A stretch of DNA of 63,431 nt, counting the filler, from Basidiobolus ranarum (lineage: Eukaryota): assembly GCA_040143965.1 (NCBI GenBank). It is 6 parts of 6 records of this genome, joined end to end, with 100 filler letters (N's around TTAATTAATTAA, not from the genome) between each part and the next. Parts side by side here need not be neighbours in the genome. Positions count along the whole stretch, not along the records: positions 52,975 to 63,431 come from JASJQH010000704.1; 5 more parts are not named here. One strand, 5' to 3'. The notes under the pieces are model-generated. The model had not been told where the DNA came from, did not search any database, and was given only the letters and a program-made list of their open reading frames with translations. This document shows positions 57,801 to 63,431 of this stretch, one piece after another. A program made the position numbers and the translations under genes. The number at the start of each line of letters is the position of its first letter. Position 1 is the stretch's first letter.

Positions 57801-59169
57801 GTACAGAACACACCATATGGCACCTTCTGTAATCTAGTTCATGCATTGGACTGGGTATTTGTTACCTTGACTTCCTAGTTCTTAAATACACTCTATACCG
57901 CCTGGTTGAGGATCATGGCATTCTTAACGTGTTTGGGTGGTGCTTGTGCATGTCTATTCTTAATATTTTTTGGTCGAGGGGAGGGGGATCAGTTAATTTG
58001 GGATGATTTCCATGCAATCAGTGATGTCAGTTGCCTTTTCCTAAACTAACTTAGAAACCTTCGAGCCAAGAGATGTACTTAATTGACTTAGCTAGAAGTG
58101 ATTGAGCTGGACATATGACATCAATAGAGTTCAACAAACTCAGAAACGTCTTTTAATATCATGACTAGATGGCAGTGAGTTGCTCCCAGGACACAGTATT
58201 GCTTGGAAAGTTATCCTAGAATACACTTTGCTTTATTATATAGGATGGATTGACTATCATATTACTGATGAGTGTTACTGTCAAAGTTTCTTTTAGACCC
58301 CACATTCCTGGCATTAAATGGTAACAAAATCTAAAGTAGAAGATCCTTATTTGATTCTTTCTCTTTCCCAAAGAAACCTCGCTCCATGATAGATATTGCC
58401 AGTGAAAGATAGATCTAGCAATTGATCATGAAAGGCTGAAGCTACTACTGTAGCAAAGAAGTCAGTACTTTCTTTGTAAATTCCAATTTTCTAGTTGCAT
58501 CAGAACACACGTGTTGATATTTGTACTGACTCAAGTTATGAGCCAGTTCGTTTTCCTCTTTCACAGATAGGCGAATGATGGACAAGTGTGGTCAGACATA
58601 CAGTTTACCAGTTCAATGGTCAGATACTAAGAAACTTATGCTTGCTTGCTTTGATGAGTGATTATCTTTGAGATCTTGAAAGCAATTTCAATGCTTTACA
58701 CTCTAGTCAATCAAATATATATTTGTTATTCCTTTTCCATAACCTTCTCTAGGTGAACAATCTCACATGGTTAGTCGTAATTAGAGTGGATGTTTAATAT
58801 CATGTACTGACGTAATGGTGCTTAAGAGCCGAGTACAATTGTAGCGTGAAATGGAAATGATACAAATGGAATGGATGCGTTTATGACAGTCAAGCATCGG
58901 AGTGAATTCAAGATTTGATTGCAAGCAAAAACAGAGTATTCATACATAGAAAGGGAGCATGGGCAAATAATGTTTATAAGGAAGTCCAGGTGAATTTCTC
59001 AATATCTGGATATCCCTTTCGTCAATAATTCTACTGTAGCAAGTAAACAAGTTGGAAATGCTCAACAGTTGCGAGTTTGTAAATATGCTTGGTGTGTTTC
59101 TTTCGCGATATCCATTCAAAATTCAATCACAAATGCTCATCATAGGAATTCCTCCCAAGATAATGACCT

Positions 59170-62100
59170 CTATATCCATTGTGGATTCATCTGTGGGGCC
59201 AGCGGTGGTGGATTTGCTCCTGGAGCACGAAATTGACGTATATAGACCATCCATCCCACCAATACGCATAGAACCAAAATGATTAAATCTTCAATAAAGC
59301 TACTCTCATCTTCTTCTTGATTATACCTGTCGTCTCCATCATACTCACTATCGTCATTAGAGTCACCCCTTCCCCACTCGCTAATATCTTCATCCGGTGC
59401 AATTCGTTCAAATTCTTTCCGGAGTGGATCCTGGACGGGATTTAATGGGGAATGGTCAGGACTACCATCATAGAGCGGAGCCGAGCCGAAGTAAAATTCA
59501 CCTCCAACACTATCCCCCGTAAGATAACTCCATGCGTATTTTGCACTTAATTTGATAAGGGAGAGGGTCACGGGAAGGTAGGCATCAGGATTTTGGCTTA
59601 AAGAATTATCGTAGGATCTTTTAGCGAGATGGAAATCCTAAAAGCAAATGGGTAAATTGGGGAACAGTTCCGAAAGGTGGATTAAGAAAAACGTACTTTG
59701 GGAACACCTATTCCATTCTCATACATCCAACCCATATTCCACATTCCAAGTTTACTCGATTCATGCTCTGCTGCCACCTCATAACACTTGGCTGCCTTTT
59801 GTAAATCCACATCAGTTCCAATACCATAAAAGTAATAATCCCCCATCTTCACTCTAGAATCGCCATGACCTTGGTTGGCCGAACGAGTCCAATAGATCAG
59901 GGGTAGGTCTTCGGGGACTAGGCTAGGAGATTTCTCTACCAATCCGTAACGATCTAGAAAGAAAGAGATAATGCAAAACAGTTGAGCCCCCTGGTGGCGC
60001 TATTTTAGTTACAGTAATGTTCAAATTGGACATACCTTCGTCAAGTAGCCAAGCAACATTCGTTTGACCAACTTCATAGCCCATCTCAGCTCCAATCAAA
60101 TACCACAAGAAGGATGTCTCAATGTCTCCTCTCTTATAAGTGCGATAGGCTTCGGGAAAAGGGGAGTGCAGCCAATCGCCCCGCTCTGAGACGATCTTAT
60201 AGAGCTAAATCACAAATGTGTCAATCTGGGGCTTGGAGTAACAGTCTTGGGAACCACTTACAGTCACTGCTTTTTGGCACGATCGTTCAAGTCCCTGGCC
60301 GTTATAATACATCTCAGCTAAATAATAATACGCGGGGAAATACTTGTGCTTATGTGCCGAGGCAAATTGATAATACGCGGATTTATATTCAGGCTTGGGG
60401 GCATCTATATGCCATTGGAAATATTTCTCACTAGTAAGTTTTCGGTGGACAGGGGACAATTCAAAATCAGCACTTACTTAGGAACAAAAGACCAAGATTC
60501 ACTTGGGCCTCCGGATTCTTTTTCTCAGCGGCAAGCTTAAATTTCTCTATGGCTTTTTCAACATTCTACATGGGTTTACAATTCTTGTTTAGATCACAAC
60601 ATTCCATACACAATCACGGTATATGCCGCTTTCCTACCTTTTCAACGACGATTCCCTCTAAATACATCACACCAAGGCCATTGAGAGCAATAGGATCATT
60701 CTAAAAATGGAGAATTTAGTGATGTTGGTCCTACAGTCACAAATACACTTTCTCTTACCTGCTTTGCACCTCGAGAGTACCACATATGAGCGGCAGTATA
60801 GTCTTGAGGAGTTGCCTCGCCACGACGATACATCTCTCCCAACATTGCGCAAGCTTCAGCGACTAACTTTGCAACGTCTGGGTCTTTTACATCTTTCACA
60901 CGTCTATTGGTATACATATGGCTAGCGGCACTCTGAAAATATCTAAAAGCTTCCTTATAATTTTGACGAATGGAATGACTACCTTGATAATAAATTATGC
61001 CTAGGGAATGCTGATTTCAAACGAATCATTAACAGTTGACTTCAATTGTCCAAAGCATCAGGTAAGTTAATTACCTGGGCAACAATATGGCCATTATCCG
61101 CAAGCTGGCGATGATATTGCAAGAGATCCTCTACTTCAGACTGATCATGGTGTTTACCTCCCTTGCTATTTATGTACCCGTAAATGCCACCATGTTCATC
61201 AGACAGGCGTATTTTTGGAAAGGGTAATACTCGGCCTCCAGGTGGACCGGATCTATAGTGCTCCATAGCTAAAATCAGATATGAAAGACAGGCTGATTAA
61301 TCATAATGCCTTGATGAATAGATTGTCATCACATAGAAATATACCTTTATCGGCCACATTTTTATAATAATGTGCAGCATCTTCACAGTTTGCAGGAGTC
61401 CCGATACCCACAAGATGCCGGAAACCTAAGATCATTTGAGACACAGTATCTTGGCTGAGAGTAGCAAAGGTGGTGTAAAGTAGAGCCTGTTCACAAAGTT
61501 TGATATCTTTAGATGTAGCAGGATTTAAAAGAGTGCTTCCATGGGAGGGGAATTCTAGCTCACCTTTCCTTGATCTCTATCGACTACATTGTCTATTCCA
61601 GTAGCATACATTAAAGCAACCATTCGCTGGGCAGTAGCGTTACCATGTTCTGAAGCTAATCGAGAGTAATAATCAAAAGCCAACTTAAGGTTTCGTGGAT
61701 GACCGTAATATGAAAACTTATGAAATGCTCAATTAGCCACGTAATATTAGTATGACTGGCAGATGTATACTTACAAAATTAAGCTCGGCCAAGTTTAAAA
61801 GGGCGTCGGGATTGCCAGTGTTAGCTTCCCTCTCCAGTATAGAAGTGACCTTTTGTAATTTGGTTGATATAACTCTTGCTTGAGACTGTTTAGAATCGTT
61901 TTCGGAGCCAAATATACTATTATAGAGAAATGTGAAGAATTTATCAAACTGGGGTTGGAATAATCCCCGCGATAACTTTGGTCTGTTGGTAATTTCTCGG
62001 TATTTGGGTAAGGAGTTTAAAAGTTCCATAGCCTCTTCGTAAGATCCTAAACTATCAGCAGTAGTCTCCGGCGGCTTGACTTTCGAAGATAAAGCGTATT

Positions 62101-62282
62101 CTAGGCCACCATCTTGTGAAGGCGGAGGATTGGAATTCTCTGCTTGATGGGCGTGGACTGTTAAACCACTAACTAATCTCATTGAAATATAGAATTAGCA
62201 AAAAATGACAAACCCAGTACTCAAATGGATGACTACCTAAGACCAAAAAAATCAACGTCCTATATTTACACGACAGTTTCAT
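59170..62282 (-). CDS. HRD3: ERAD component Hrd3/SEL1L (Sel1-repeat type I ER membrane protein), many exons
   Basis: Spliced signal peptide MKLSCKYRTLIFLVL|VSGLTVHA; Sel1 repeats (AEMGYEVGQTNVAWLLD, SRVKMGDYYFYGIG, WNMGWMYENGIGV, DFHLAKRSYD); C-terminal TM helix. Confidence 0.93.
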
Positions 62283-62993
62283 TATCCAAATGTGTACTAA
62301 TTCAGAAAACTCTAAGAAGCTTAGAAAGTTATAGAAATAAGAATAATAAGGAGCGAGGGCCCGTGGAGTTCAAAGCTTACGAACAAAACAGGGCGAAAGG
62401 GACTGTGAAAAATTGGTTAAAACTTAGATTATGCTATTATTTACGAGCATCGCAGCACATAATTTCCTACCAAATACCTTAAAAAAATGCCCAATCAATG
62501 TTTACCACACTTTAGATTTTTAATTACTGATATTTAGAATGCTTAGTTCGATTGCGTGATAGCGTCCCAAATCGCCGGAATGAATACTGTAGTGGAATGT
62601 TTAGGAATAGATGTGACTGAGGCGCAGCTTAATTAGACACATTGCTTTGTAGATATAATGGTATCATTGATTAATAAAATGATTAAGATTAAACATTGAA
62701 GATTTTTTTTCCTCCTGACCATTGTGGAGCCAGTCAAGATCCAGGAATTTTTGAATCGGTGTTAGATATAGTTTCCATGATTTTCCCTTCATCGCCCTCT
62801 TTCCACTATCTATACCTTTTGAGCATCGCCTTGTAGGTAGAGTATATTAATAATTGTTGTATCACTAGCAGATGATGTATCTGAATATACAATCTTCTCT
62901 CCCAAACATCCAAACGGATACCAACCCCATCCATCCACCTACATTCCAAGAGACTAATGTTTATTTCGATTATTTATAGGTCAGTAAGTAAAT

Positions 62994-63431
62994 ATGGTCA
63001 GATACTCTGCCACTCCTGCTAACAGCGCCAAGTCTGCCCAAACTCGTGGCTCTTACCTCCGCGTTCACTTCAAGAACACCCGTGAGGCAGCTGCTGCCAT
63101 CTCCGGAATGAAGTTGCAAAAGGCCATCACCTATCTTGAGGATGTTAAGGAACACAAGCAATGCATTCCTTTCCGCCGTTTCGCCGGTGGTATTGGTCGT
63201 TGTGCTCAAGCCAAGGCTTTCGGTACCACTAAGGGACGTTGGCCCGTAAAGTCTGCCGAATTCTTGTTGGGTCTTCTCAAAAATGCCGAAAGCAACGCAG
63301 AAAACAAGGGTTTGGAAGTCGAAGCTTTGGTTGTCAAGCATGTCCAAGTTAACCAAGCCCCTAAACAACGTAGACGTACTTATCGTGCTCACGGTAGAAT
63401 TAACGCCTACATGAGTTCTCCCTGTCATATT
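62994..63431 (+). CDS. RPL17: 60S ribosomal protein L17 (uL22), 3' end truncated
   Basis: MVRYS...[14 protein letters not shown]...[12 protein letters not shown]...[21 protein letters not shown]; probable 5'-UTR intron ending tttatag at 62979. Confidence 0.98.
   Translation, partial: MVRYSATPANSAKSAQTRGSYLRVHFKNTREAAAAISGMKLQKAITYLEDVKEHKQCIPFRRFAGGIGRCAQAKAFGTTKGRWPVKSAEFLLGLLKNAESNAENKGLEVEALVVKHVQVNQAPKQRRRTYRAHGRINAYMSSPCHI

Noticed and set aside
62869-62884. ATGATG...CTGA in the RPL17 leader intron as a C/D-box snoRNA
   Set aside because: The boxes are only a few nt apart, with no room for a guide and no later D box with a terminal stem
62970-63428. 152-aa minus-strand ORF
   Set aside because: Antisense shadow of the clear RPL17 coding sequence on the plus strand

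Overview
Eukaryotic, AT-rich fungal DNA with short GT-AG introns. The gene content suggests an early-diverging lineage such as Zoopagomycota or Mucoromycota (inference only). The window is not contiguous. It is six contigs of about 10.5 kb (1-10512, 10613-21111, 21212-31706, 31807-42299, 42400-52874, 52975-63431), sorted by decreasing length and joined by an artificial N44-TTAATTAATTAA-N44 linker. Contig 1: two S1 serine proteases, COX IV/Cox5, a p24 protein, a catalytically altered group-XII-like PLA2, NDUFB10 and NIF3. Contigs 2 and 4: CpG-depleted nests of dead Ty1/copia elements; contig 4 also has CACTA/CMC transposase relics and matching element termini at both ends. Contig 3: GH20 hexosaminidase, CE4 chitin deacetylase, FES1, an unclassified His-brace LPMO-like protein, an IS630/Tc1 relic, a GC-rich ORF tail, and a degenerate Fanzor/TnpB C-terminus followed by a hairpin and a 22-bp-phased motif array. 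Contig 5: a pseudogenised lipase_3 plus P-loop GTPase fusion, an internally deleted second copy, an Hsp70 relic and a secreted ricin-B-like lectin. Contig 6: a SERTA/IER-like gene with a GCN4/cpc-1/ATF4-style two-uORF leader, HRD3/SEL1L and RPL17. The best leads are the Fanzor/omega-RNA end relic, the uORF-controlled SERTA-like gene, the LPMO-like gene among chitin-active genes, and the lipase-GTPase fusion. All family calls come from manual motif recognition, not database searches.
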